Below are positions 1 to 9,151 of a stretch of 64,000 nucleotides of DNA, piece after piece; position 1 is the stretch's first letter; each line of letters starts with the position of its first letter. The notes below the pieces were generated by a model. The model did no database searches. It saw nothing but the letters and a program-made list of their open reading frames with translations, and was not told the DNA's origin. The translations under genes were made by a program, and so were the position numbers. Source of the stretch: an uncultured candidatus Brocadiaceae bacterium (lineage in GTDB: Bacteria > Planctomycetota > Brocadiia > SM23-32); contig CAZEAP010000004.1 in the NCBI GenBank assembly GCA_964510315.1, positions 641-64,640 of the forward strand, read 5' to 3'.

Positions 1-398
1 CTACCGCACTCAGCCGGACGCCCCGGAGGCAGCCAACGATGATCCCCCCGCCCCGGAGACTGGGACGCGCAGGCCGGACTGACCTCCTACGTGGTCCCCC
101 ACGGGGGACGCTTCTACATGTTCTACACCGGGGTGCCCGAGGAGTTCGACGACCACAATCTCGACCCGCGCGGCATCGGTTGCCTCGTGGCCGACAGCCC
201 CGAGGGGCCGTGGCGCAAGGAAACCGGGGGGCCGGTCCTGTGGCCCGGCGAGGAGGGCTCCTGGGACGACCTTTGCTGCGACGATGCCAATATCATCCGG
301 CGCGCGGGGTGGAATGGGGCATCGACGTGGACGCGTCGACTCCCCCGAGATACCTCTTCGGCTTCAACTGCAACTGCCTGGTCTCATCGGAGGGCTGA
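1..398 (+). pseudogene. 5'-truncated glycoside-hydrolase-like beta-propeller gene (GH43/GH130-like), apparently disrupted by two frameshifts
   Basis: Protein-like translation switches frames. Frame 2 (1-45) reads YRTQPDAPEAANDDPP. Frame 1 (40-~300) reads DWDAQAGLTSYVVPHGGRFYMFYTGVPEEFDDHNLDPRGIGCLVADSPEGPWRKETGGPVLWPGEEGSWDD. Frame 3 (~300-398) reads GVEWGIDVDASTPPRYLFGFNCNCLVSSEG*. FYMFYTG and SPEGPW resemble GH43/GH130 blade motifs. No single intact frame exists. Confidence 0.35.
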
Positions 399-536
399 AG
401 TGCGAAGGCATCGTGCTGAGCGTCAAAGCGTCGCCCGGCGGCCCCCGCCTCAGCAGTTGACCCCGGCGGGGGCCGGCGCTAACATGCCCGGCCGTTCTTC
501 GCGCGCTCCCTTGAAGACCCGACAGGAGAGGACCAG

Positions 537-1184
537 ATGGCGCCGGTCATCCAGCCAAAAGAGACCGTTCTGTTCACCGGCGATTCGATAACCGACTGCG
601 GCCGCCGCGGCGAACACCGCCCCCTCGGGGCCGGCTACGTGCGCATGGCCGTGGACCTGATCCACGCCCGCTACCCCGCCCACGGCTGCACGTTCGTCAA
701 CACCGGCATCGGCGGGAACATCGTGCGTGACCTGTTCGACCGCTGGACCGACGACGTGATCCGCTTCCAGCCCGACTGGCTCTCGGTCATGATCGGCATC
801 AACGACCTCCACCGACACCTGGGCGACAATCCGGACAGCTACGACGTGGAGCGCTACGAGGAACTCTACGAGGCGATCCTGAGGCGCACGCGCAAGAAGA
901 CCGACGCCGAGATTATCCTGATGACGCCCTTCTACATGTCCACGGCCGAGCCTTCGGAGGACGGTGGATGGCGGGAGCGGGTCATGGCCGTCATCCCGGC
1001 CTACGTGGAAGCCGTGGAGCGCCTCGCCGAGAGCTACGAGGCCCGTCTGGTGCGGACGCACGCCATGTTCGGCGAGCAGCTCAAGTATCACCGGTCGGAC
1101 GCCTTCGGCGGCGAGCCCGTCCACCCCAACGCCAGCGGCCACCTGCTGATCGCCCACGAGTGGCTGAAGGCCGTTGACTGGTAG
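537..1184 (+). CDS. SGNH/GDSL-family hydrolase (lipase/acylhydrolase-like)
   Basis: Catalytic GDSITD block near the N-terminus, GIGGN, GIND, and C-terminal HPNASGH (Asp/His of the triad); 215 aa. Confidence 0.85.
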   Translation: MAPVIQPKETVLFTGDSITDCGRRGEHRPLGAGYVRMAVDLIHARYPAHGCTFVNTGIGGNIVRDLFDRWTDDVIRFQPDWLSVMIGINDLHRHLGDNPDSYDVERYEELYEAILRRTRKKTDAEIILMTPFYMSTAEPSEDGGWRERVMAVIPAYVEAVERLAESYEARLVRTHAMFGEQLKYHRSDAFGGEPVHPNASGHLLIAHEWLKAVDW

Positions 1185-1293
1185 CGCGTATCCAGCCGCG
1201 CCCCCGCAGTTGACGGGGTGTTGCGGAGCACGCGGGCATCGACCCTGCCGGGAATGATAGATTCCCGGAAAGGCTCACGCGAGACGCCGACCG

Positions 1294-2439
1294 ATGCAAT
1301 GTGTAGAGAACGCTATGACTTGTACGCCCCATTCGCGGCGGCACGCTCGCGGTGACAAAGTGCGCGTAGCGGTGTGGGTTGGACTGAGCGAGAAGAAATG
1401 CCGTTCGATGCTGAAGGGGCTGGATGAGTGCCCTTTGGTTGAGTCCGGGATACTCATACGGCGACGTCCGGTTGAGGGCCTGGCGAAGTTCCGGCAGCTC
1501 TGCCCTCCTGAGGCGCTGCGGTTCTCCGCCGCACTCTCCCACCTCTACGCCCTCCTGATCACCCTTTCCCTGTGCGTCCGATTTAGACCGGACGTGTGCA
1601 TCGCCATCAGCCTTTTGCCCCACGGCGTGCTGGCAAAGCTGGGACAGGTCCTGTGTCGCGCCCACTTTGTCAACTGGCTCATAGGAACCGATATGTACGT
1701 CCACCTGGCGGGCACGTGGTGGGGCAAGCTGCTGCGCGGCCCCATCTCGGGGGCCTCCTGCACGATGTGCATGGGAAGTGTGTCGAAGAGAAGGCTCGAG
1801 GCCATGGGCTGGAAGCCCGGACAGGTAATCGTTGGCATGAGCGCATATGACTTCTCGGATTACCGGGAGCCCTCGGCGCACAAAAGATGGGACGTGACCT
1901 ACACGGGGCGTCTGAACCGGAAGCAGAAGCGCGTCGGACTGTTGCTTCGAGCTGTGGAGCGGATCAGTACCTCGCGGCCCTCCGTGCGGTGCGCGATCGT
2001 GGGAGACGGCCCCGACCGCCGGCGTCTTGAACGAATGCGGGACGCTTTGGGACTGCAGAAGAACGTAGAGTTCCTCGGTCACAGGTCCGATATACCCAAT
2101 CTGCTGAGCATGTCGCGTATCCTGCTCATGACCTCCGCCTGGGAGGGGCTTCCGGCTTCCATCGTGGAGGCCCTGGTCTCCGGGTTGCCGGTGGTTGCCC
2201 CCAAAGTTGGGGACATCGGGGACGTCATTGCGGATGGGAGAAACGGCGTCCTGGTGGACTCCGACAGGCCCGTGGACTACGCGAAGGCCGTCCTGCAGCT
2301 ACTGGATGCTCCGGACCTCTATCGTCACATGAGCGCCTGTGCGAAACGGACCGGACGGCGCATCCAAGAGGAAGTAGAGGCAGGCGCGCCGCTTGCTCGC
2401 TGGGAGCTGGCCCTCCGGCGGACGGGCCTATGGGGTTGA
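1294..2439 (+). CDS. Glycosyltransferase family 4 (GT-B fold)
   Basis: C-terminal domain carries EGLPASIVEALVSGLPVV (the E-x7-E/GxP retaining-GT motif), YTGRL and RKQKRVGLLL. Exact start is uncertain. Confidence 0.8.
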   Translation: MQCVENAMTCTPHSRRHARGDKVRVAVWVGLSEKKCRSMLKGLDECPLVESGILIRRRPVEGLAKFRQLCPPEALRFSAALSHLYALLITLSLCVRFRPDVCIAISLLPHGVLAKLGQVLCRAHFVNWLIGTDMYVHLAGTWWGKLLRGPISGASCTMCMGSVSKRRLEAMGWKPGQVIVGMSAYDFSDYREPSAHKRWDVTYTGRLNRKQKRVGLLLRAVERISTSRPSVRCAIVGDGPDRRRLERMRDALGLQKNVEFLGHRSDIPNLLSMSRILLMTSAWEGLPASIVEALVSGLPVVAPKVGDIGDVIADGRNGVLVDSDRPVDYAKAVLQLLDAPDLYRHMSACAKRTGRRIQEEVEAGAPLARWELALRRTGLWG

Positions 2440-2486
2440 GCCGGCTTCTCGGGCCTTGGGAGGGCGCCGAGCGCGCCACGCACCCT

Positions 2487-3344
2487 TTATGGCCGCCGGC
2501 GCAGGCTGCACAGATGGTCGTACCACCGGCTCTGAAGCTCGCCCACGGGGCCGAGGTGCTTCCTGACGGCCTTCAGGCTTCCGCCGTCGCGGATAACGGC
2601 GAAGTATACGCTCCGCCGGTCGGCGCCGTCGCCCTCCATAAGGAAGTGCGACAGGCTCCACCAGTGGATGTAATAGAGGTTGAACTTCTCGTCGATGTCC
2701 GGACCGTCCCGGCCGGTGATGATGTTGCGCAGGGGGATGATGCGTTCGGCCCGGATGTCCCGCTTCAGGTCGCCGCAGAAGTTCGAGCCGGGCAGCCACC
2801 ATACCGGATACGCATGGCGGTCCGGCAGGCCGAGGTGCAGGTTGCCGTCGCGGTACTGGCTGGTGGCGAAGTATTCGGCCAGGCCCTCGTCGATCCATTT
2901 CGGCGGGTCGAGCCGGGCGACTTTGTGGTTGAGTTGGTGGACGGCTTCGTGCAGCAGCCAGTGGAACCGGTTCTTTTTCTCCCCGTAGTAGGCATGGCAG
3001 CGCCCGCCTTTGTATACCGCCTCTCCCCACCGGAGCCGGGGGTTGCAACGATGGAGCTCCCGGCGGTCGCGGTAGAGGCAGACCTCCAATGCTTCGTGCT
3101 CTTCGGCGACGTGCGGGAACTCCGAGAACAGTTCCAGGTAGGCCGCGTGGAGGGTCTCCAGCGCCCGGCCGGCCGCCTCGGTCTGCTGGCGGGTGGCGCT
3201 GGAGCGGATGAGGTAGTGCGGCGTCCTGACGGTGAGGTCCGGCCGCCACCAGGTGCGCCAGAAGTAGAACCCGACCACCCCACCCAGCAGCGCGAGCCAG
3301 AGGGCCAGGCGTCGGCAGCGCGCGGCCGAGGGAAATATCTTCAT
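2487..3344 (-). CDS. DUF1570-family putative zinc metallopeptidase (HExxH), N-terminal signal/anchor
   Basis: HEAVHQLNH HExxH motif and EGLAEYF. The ATG at 3344 is preceded by GGAGGTG. The N-terminus MKIFPSAARCRRLALWLALLGGVVGFYFW is hydrophobic. Resembles DUF1570 proteins common in PVC bacteria. Confidence 0.75.
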   Translation of the reverse strand: MKIFPSAARCRRLALWLALLGGVVGFYFWRTWWRPDLTVRTPHYLIRSSATRQQTEAAGRALETLHAAYLELFSEFPHVAEEHEALEVCLYRDRRELHRCNPRLRWGEAVYKGGRCHAYYGEKKNRFHWLLHEAVHQLNHKVARLDPPKWIDEGLAEYFATSQYRDGNLHLGLPDRHAYPVWWLPGSNFCGDLKRDIRAERIIPLRNIITGRDGPDIDEKFNLYYIHWWSLSHFLMEGDGADRRSVYFAVIRDGGSLKAVRKHLGPVGELQSRWYDHLCSLRRRP

Positions 3345-3451
3345 CGGCACCTCCGGGCGCGTAGAGCGGCGAACCGCCCGCATCCTACCGCCGGCCGCGG
3401 CCGCCCGTCAATCTCGGCCTCCGAACCCGCAGTTGCGCCCGATGCCGGCAC

Positions 3452-4885
3452 TTGGTAGATTCCGCTGTGGTGGATCGGATGCGTCTGGCGAGGTGCGATA
3501 TGGGCGACAGTAAACAAAAGGACGCGCAGCGGCTGGCCCTGCGGGGCGGTATGAAGGCGGTCAGCAGCATCAAGGGCCGGGGCCGCCCCAAGATAGGCGT
3601 CGAGGAGTTCATGGCGGTCGTCCGGCGGTTCGGTTTCAGTCGGCCGACGCTGGCCAGGATACGGGAAGCGGTCGAGAGTGAGGATATGAACGGCGGCCCC
3701 TTCCTGGCCAACTACTACTCCGATCTGGACGAGACCTGCGTCCAGCTCTTCGAGCGCACGGCGCGCGAGCGGTTCGGGGTGGAGCACGCCCTCGGGGTCA
3801 ACTCGGGCACGGCGGCTCTACACGCCGCGTTCGTCGCCGTCGGCGTCGGCCCGGGTACCGAGGTCATCTGCCCGGCCATCGGGTTCATGGCCACAGCCGC
3901 TGCGGTCGTGATGGCGAAGGGGGTGCCGGTCTTCTGCGACGTCGACGAGTCCCTGGGCATCGACCCCGCCGAGATCGAGCGACGCATCACGCCGCGCACC
4001 GTGGCCGTGGCGCCCACGCACGTGATGGGCAGCGTATGCGACATGGACGGCGTCATGGAGGTGGCCCGGGCGCACGACCTGAAGGTCGTTGAGGACTCCG
4101 CCCAGTCCTGCGGCGGGGAATTCAACGGCCGCCTGGTGGGCACTATCGGCGACGTCGGCTGTTTCAGCATCTCGGCATACAAGATCTGCGGCGGCGGAGA
4201 GGGTGGACTGCTCATCACCGACGAGGAGCGCCTGTGGGAACGCGCCAACCAGCTCGCCGAATGCGGCGGCCTGTGGCGCCCGGACCGCTTCGGGCCGCAA
4301 CGCTACCCCGGCGAGCTGTTCGCCGGGACGAACTACCGCATGTCGGAGATGGAAGCGGCGGTGGACGCCGTGCAGCTCCGCAAGCTCCCCGCCATAGTTG
4401 AGCGGTTCCGGGACGTCAAAAGACGCATCCTCCAGCGGCTCGATACCTACCGTGAGATCACTCCCCAGGTACTGAACGACCCCGACGGCGAGGTGGGTTA
4501 CCTCATACGCTTCTACCCGGAATCTTTCGAGCTGGGCTCCCGGATCGTCGAGGCCCTCCGCGCCGAGGGCGTGGGATGCTCGATGCGCGGCAGGGACGCG
4601 GCGCCCGACTGGCACGTCTACCACTCGATGTTCCCCATCACGCTGATGCAGGAACCGTCCGGGACGGGATGCCCCTTCCGGTGCCCCGTGTACCTGGAGC
4701 GCGGGGGCAGGGCGGAATACGAGCGCGGCGACTGTCCGGTGGCCGACGACCTGTTCGACCGCATGATCAGCGTGCCGCTGAACCAGTGGTACACCCCCGA
4801 GGACTGCGCGAAGGTGGCCCGGGCTCTGAACAAAGTCTTCTCGGCGTTGTGCACGCCCGATCCGCAGGCGACCCCCTGGATGTGA
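3452..4885 (+). CDS. DegT/DnrJ/EryC1/StrS-family PLP-dependent sugar aminotransferase
   Basis: SISAYKICGGGEGG (PLP-lysine block, cf. SxHxxKxxxxGEGG), GVNSGTAALHAA, VICPAIGF. The true start is probably an internal Met (MGDSKQ or MKAVSS). Confidence 0.85.
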   Translation: MVDSAVVDRMRLARCDMGDSKQKDAQRLALRGGMKAVSSIKGRGRPKIGVEEFMAVVRRFGFSRPTLARIREAVESEDMNGGPFLANYYSDLDETCVQLFERTARERFGVEHALGVNSGTAALHAAFVAVGVGPGTEVICPAIGFMATAAAVVMAKGVPVFCDVDESLGIDPAEIERRITPRTVAVAPTHVMGSVCDMDGVMEVARAHDLKVVEDSAQSCGGEFNGRLVGTIGDVGCFSISAYKICGGGEGGLLITDEERLWERANQLAECGGLWRPDRFGPQRYPGELFAGTNYRMSEMEAAVDAVQLRKLPAIVERFRDVKRRILQRLDTYREITPQVLNDPDGEVGYLIRFYPESFELGSRIVEALRAEGVGCSMRGRDAAPDWHVYHSMFPITLMQEPSGTGCPFRCPVYLERGGRAEYERGDCPVADDLFDRMISVPLNQWYTPEDCAKVARALNKVFSALCTPDPQATPWM

Positions 4886-4892
4886 GAGCCCC

Positions 4893-5720
4893 GTGACCCG
4901 CTACATTGCCGCATACGATGCCGAAACGCCGCAATGCCTGGACGCCTGCCGCCGCATCGTTGAAGTCCACCGGCGGTTCGAGATGCCGGCCACCGTGTTC
5001 ATCGTGGGTTCCGTCCTGGAAGCGGACGCCCCGGAATACCGGGCGCTGCTCGAGGATCCACTGTTCGAAGTCGCTACCCACACCTATTCCCACAGTACGC
5101 TCCGTGATCATCCGTTCTGCGGGAAGGGCCTTCCGAAGGAAGAAGCGGCGGCGGAGATCAAACGAGGCAAAGAGGCCGTGGAGGCCGTCTTCGAGCGGGA
5201 GTGTCTCGGCATGCGGCCCGCGTGCGGATTCCCGGACGGGCTGATCGGCGCGCCCCACCTGCTGCGGACCGTCCGGGACGTTGGACTTCGCTACGTGAGC
5301 AGCGCCGCGTGGGGACCGGACCACTCGCTGCCCGCCCCGCTGCGCGCGCCCTTCCGCTACGATGAGGATGGGTTCCCCGACCTGTGGGAGCTGCCGGGGC
5401 ACGGCTGGCACGAGAACGTCCTGAAGAACCATACGCCGCTGCCCCGCAAACGCTTGCTGCTCTGGCCCCCTTCGGTGCCCGATGCCGTTCCGCCCGGCTT
5501 CGTCGCCACCCCGGAGGAGGAATTCGCCGTTCACCGGACCTTCGTCGATCGGGCGGTGGAGCTGGAGCTGCCCTACGTATCGCTGATCTGGCACCCGTGG
5601 TCTCTCGCCCGTTCGGACCCGCAGATGCACATGCTCGAGCTGACCTTCCAGCACGTGCGGGAGAAGGGCCTGGAGGCCGCGACCTTCGCCCAGATGCTGG
5701 AGGGGCCTCTACTGTCTTGA
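4893..5720 (+). CDS. Polysaccharide deacetylase (NodB homology domain, carbohydrate esterase family 4)
   Basis: TVFIVGSVLE...HTYSHSTL (the NodB His-His metal motif) and LIWHPW at the C-terminus. Confidence 0.85.
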   Translation: MTRYIAAYDAETPQCLDACRRIVEVHRRFEMPATVFIVGSVLEADAPEYRALLEDPLFEVATHTYSHSTLRDHPFCGKGLPKEEAAAEIKRGKEAVEAVFERECLGMRPACGFPDGLIGAPHLLRTVRDVGLRYVSSAAWGPDHSLPAPLRAPFRYDEDGFPDLWELPGHGWHENVLKNHTPLPRKRLLLWPPSVPDAVPPGFVATPEEEFAVHRTFVDRAVELELPYVSLIWHPWSLARSDPQMHMLELTFQHVREKGLEAATFAQMLEGPLLS

Positions 5721-5870
5721 CGCGCCGCCGGTGAGGGATATAATGTCGTCCGCCATGATGGATAAGCCCCTCGACAGCGTCGGTCCAGCGCGGGCGGCGC
5801 GCTGCCGGCGTCCACGCCTTGTCCACGCTCATGCCACGGCGCAACTGCCGAGGGAGGAGCTGTCGGACCA

Positions 5871-7280
5871 TTGACCCCGGCGCCCCGGTTGCGGTGCGGC
5901 CCGCTCCTTTCGAGCGTGCTTTTTCTGGACCCCGAGATCCTGGTCGCGAGTGACGGCGTGCGGCTGAGCGTTAACCCGCCGCGGCGGGAACCGGTCGATT
6001 TCCCTGCCCGGCAGCCCTGGGAGCGGATGCGCGGGCTTTACCTTTCCGTCGTCGAGGAGGACGGCCGCCTGCGCATGTGGTACGGCTGCCGAAGCGGTGC
6101 CGGGCGGACGGACAAGCACGTCTGCTACGCGGAGTCGGACGACGGGGTGGTCTGGCGGACTCCGGAACTCGGCCTTGTCGATTTCGGCGGTTCCACCGCC
6201 AACAATCTGGTCGTTATGGACACGATGGAAGGGGCCGTCTTCCGGGACCCCAACGCGCCGGCTGATTCCCGTTACCGCGGCACCTGGCAGAGGCTGCCGG
6301 AGGGTCTTACCCTCTTCACCTCGCCCGACGGCTACCGCTGGACTCCCCGCAACGAGCCCCTGCTGAGGTTCTGGTGTGACACCGCCAATGTGTCCTTCTG
6401 GGACGAGCGGATAGGGAAGTACGTCGGCTACGTCCGGGCATGGAAGGACGGCCCGCCGTCCATCCGGCGCCGCAAGGTGGCCCGATGGGAGGCCCACAGC
6501 GTCGAGGAGCCGCTCGGCGTGGAGCCGACGAAGGAGCATCCAGACCCCTGTCTCCTGCCGCACGTTACCTGCGAGTTGCCCGTTGTGATGGAGTGCGACG
6601 CGCTGGACCCACCCGGCACGGACATCTACACCAGCGGCGTCACCTCCTATGCCCCTGCGCCGCGCTACTACTGCGCCTTCCCGGTGCTCTACCATCATTT
6701 CCCCGAGCCGGACGAGGGTCCATACCGCAACTCGGGGCGGACGGAGACGCACTTCATGGGGAGCACGGACGGCGTCCGGTGGCATCGCTACGACCGGGCC
6801 ACCTACGCCGGTCCCCGGCCCGGCGAAAACATGCTCTACATGGGCAGAGGGCTGGTGGTCAGGGGCGACGAGCTGTGGCAATACGGGGTAGCCTACCGGA
6901 CGCCGCACGGGGATGTGCAGCGCCGACTCCGGGAGACGGACGGCACCATCTGCCGTTTCACCCAGAGGCTGGACGGTTTCGTCTCGGCGGAGGCAGGCCA
7001 CCGCGGCGGCCGATTCGTCACCAGACCGATCGAGTTCGGCGGGGGCCGGCTCCGGCTCAATGCGAACGCCGGCGCGCTGGGCTCCATCCGCGTGGGATTG
7101 CGGGAGGAGGGCGGAAAGCCCCTGGCCGGTTGCCGGCCCGTCGAAGGGAACGGGACGCGGCTGCCCGTGCGCTGGGAGGGGGACCGTATTCACGGGGAAC
7201 TCGCGGGCCGACGTCTGCGGATTGCCGTCGAGATGAGCCGGTGCAAGCTCTACTCCTTCACGTGGTCCGATCCCGCCTGA
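5871..7280 (+). CDS. Glycoside-hydrolase-like beta-propeller protein (GH32/GH43/GH130-like fold), hypothetical
   Basis: Recurrent blade-like segments: RMWYGCRSG, YAESDDGVVWRTP, FTSPDGYRWTP, MGSTDGVRWHRYD, LWQYGVAY. No confident family assignment. Confidence 0.55.
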   Translation: MTPAPRLRCGPLLSSVLFLDPEILVASDGVRLSVNPPRREPVDFPARQPWERMRGLYLSVVEEDGRLRMWYGCRSGAGRTDKHVCYAESDDGVVWRTPELGLVDFGGSTANNLVVMDTMEGAVFRDPNAPADSRYRGTWQRLPEGLTLFTSPDGYRWTPRNEPLLRFWCDTANVSFWDERIGKYVGYVRAWKDGPPSIRRRKVARWEAHSVEEPLGVEPTKEHPDPCLLPHVTCELPVVMECDALDPPGTDIYTSGVTSYAPAPRYYCAFPVLYHHFPEPDEGPYRNSGRTETHFMGSTDGVRWHRYDRATYAGPRPGENMLYMGRGLVVRGDELWQYGVAYRTPHGDVQRRLRETDGTICRFTQRLDGFVSAEAGHRGGRFVTRPIEFGGGRLRLNANAGALGSIRVGLREEGGKPLAGCRPVEGNGTRLPVRWEGDRIHGELAGRRLRIAVEMSRCKLYSFTWSDPA

Positions 7281-7531
7281 GACGACCGGCCGAACCCCCT
7301 CCGCACTTAACGGCTGCCGCGCCCCTCGGCCGGGGGCCCCTGAGGCATCAGGCAATGGGGCGGCAAGCCGGGCTCCCCTACCGCAGCGTCGCGGGGGTAA
7401 TCAAAACGCTCGCGAGTGCCGTCAGGAGCCCCCTGGACCAGCGCGATCGTGTAGCCTGCCAGCAGCAGCACGGTCCAACTGCTCCGGACAAGGCGCCGCT
7501 CATCCAGCTCCGTCACAACTCACGACGGGGG

Positions 7532-8863
7532 TCAGAGGGCGGCGTCGGTGCCGACTGTTTGGACCTCGCCGCCGAGGCTGCGGATCATGCCGACGCATTC
7601 GGGGCTGACCTTCACCCGGTATTGCAGCGTGCCGTCCCTGACGGTGCGCTCCAGCACCTGGCCATTTTCGTAGAGGAACGAGTCCAGCCGTCCGTTGCCC
7701 ACACCGGCGGTCACGCGGACCTCGGTCAGCTCGCGGTCCAGCATGCGGGCCACCCGCCGGCGGACCTCCTCCAGGCCCTCGCCGGTCAGGGCGCTGGTGC
7801 AGACGACCTCTCCCCCCAGTTGCCTGACCAGCGGCACGGCGGAGTAGTCTTCCAGCAGGTCGGCCTTGTTGAGCAGGTAGATGGTGGGCTTGTCGCCGCA
7901 GTCGACTTCTTCGAGTGCATCCTCGACGGAGCGCACCTCCTGCTCGGCGTCGCCCTTGGAGGCGTCGATGACGTGGAGCAGCAGGTTCGCCCCGCGGGCC
8001 TCCTCGAGGGTTGCGTGGAAGGAGGCCACCAGGTGGTGAGGGAACTTGCGGATGAAGCCGACCGTGTCGCTGAGCAGCACCTCCCAGCCGCCGGGCAGCT
8101 CCCACTGGCGCGTGCGGGTGTCGAGGGTCTCGAACAGCCGGTCGCGCACCGTCACGTCCGCGCCGGTGAGGGCGTTCATCAGGCTGGATTTGCCCGCGTT
8201 GGTGTAGCCGACCAGCGTGACGGTGGTGAAGCGTTCGTTGCGGCCTTCCACCATGACGTGACGACGCTGCTCGATCTTCTCCAGGTTCTTCCTCAACTCG
8301 TGGATACGCCGCTGCACGAGGCGGCGGTCCACCTCGAGCTGCTTCTCTCCGGGCCCCCTGACGCCGATGCCGCCCCCCACCGGACCGCCGAGTGTGCCGC
8401 CGGCGGTCCTGTCCAGGTGCGTCCAGCGTCTTTTGAGCCGCGGGAGTTCGTATTCGAGCTGGGCGAGTTCGACCTGCAGCTTTGCCTGACGGGTGCGGGC
8501 GTGAGAGGCGAAGATGTCCAGGATGACTTCGCTGCGATCCACAACCTTGATGTCAAGGCGTTTTTCGAGGGTTTTGACCTGGGCGGGGTTCAGTTCGTCA
8601 TCGCAGATGACGAGGTCGGCTTCCTCACGGGCGCACAACTGCCCCAGTTCGTCCAGCTTGCCGGTGCCCAGGTAGTGGGTTGGGTGGGGATGGTTCCTCT
8701 TCTGGCGCAGACCTCCGACCACTATGGCACGGGCCGACCGGGCAAGGTTTTCCAGTTCCTCGAACGTCTCGTCGGGGTCCAGCGAATCCCGCCGAGAGAT
8801 CACCTGCGCCAGCACGGCGCGCTCGGCCTGCAGGCCCAGGTCCGTTCTTTTCAGCTCCGCCAT
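7532..8863 (-). CDS. hflX: GTPase HflX
   Basis: N-terminal HflX domain followed by a G-domain with GYTNAGKSSLMNALTG (G1), DTVGF (G3) and NKAD (G4); 443 aa. Confidence 0.95.
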   Translation of the reverse strand: MAELKRTDLGLQAERAVLAQVISRRDSLDPDETFEELENLARSARAIVVGGLRQKRNHPHPTHYLGTGKLDELGQLCAREEADLVICDDELNPAQVKTLEKRLDIKVVDRSEVILDIFASHARTRQAKLQVELAQLEYELPRLKRRWTHLDRTAGGTLGGPVGGGIGVRGPGEKQLEVDRRLVQRRIHELRKNLEKIEQRRHVMVEGRNERFTTVTLVGYTNAGKSSLMNALTGADVTVRDRLFETLDTRTRQWELPGGWEVLLSDTVGFIRKFPHHLVASFHATLEEARGANLLLHVIDASKGDAEQEVRSVEDALEEVDCGDKPTIYLLNKADLLEDYSAVPLVRQLGGEVVCTSALTGEGLEEVRRRVARMLDRELTEVRVTAGVGNGRLDSFLYENGQVLERTVRDGTLQYRVKVSPECVGMIRSLGGEVQTVGTDAAL

Positions 8864-9151
8864 ATCGGCTGTTCTCAGTACCCCCTGTGGTCACAGGTCT
8901 GCACAACGTCACCATACAGTATAGGAGACGCGCGGCACTCATGCCACCGGGATTTTGCGAATCGGTGCTCGGCCGGGGGACTCGGCGCCCCCGGTCCGAC
9001 CACCGGAGAGGCGTTCCATAGAGCGGGTGTGAGCGGGGAGGTGAACCCGCGCGATTGGGGATGGCCCGGGGCGCGGACTTCTTGAATCGGGCGTGCGCCA
9101 CCCCCTAAACTACCGGCGTGGTTCACACCGGGATTACGGGGGTGCGCAAGG

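Noticed and set aside
7316-7340. GCCCC-TCGGCCG-GGGGC hairpin after the GH-like gene as a rho-independent terminator
   Set aside because: A GC hairpin sits between convergent genes, but no U-tract follows. This cannot be distinguished from generic GC palindromes, so it is not reported as a feature.
5829-9085. Very long ORFs antisense to real genes (5829-7355 minus, 508 aa; 6440-9085 plus, 881 aa)
   Set aside because: Arg/Pro/Gly-rich, low-complexity translations typical of stop-codon-poor antisense frames in about 67% GC DNA. They overlap well-supported genes (GH-like, hflX) on the other strand.
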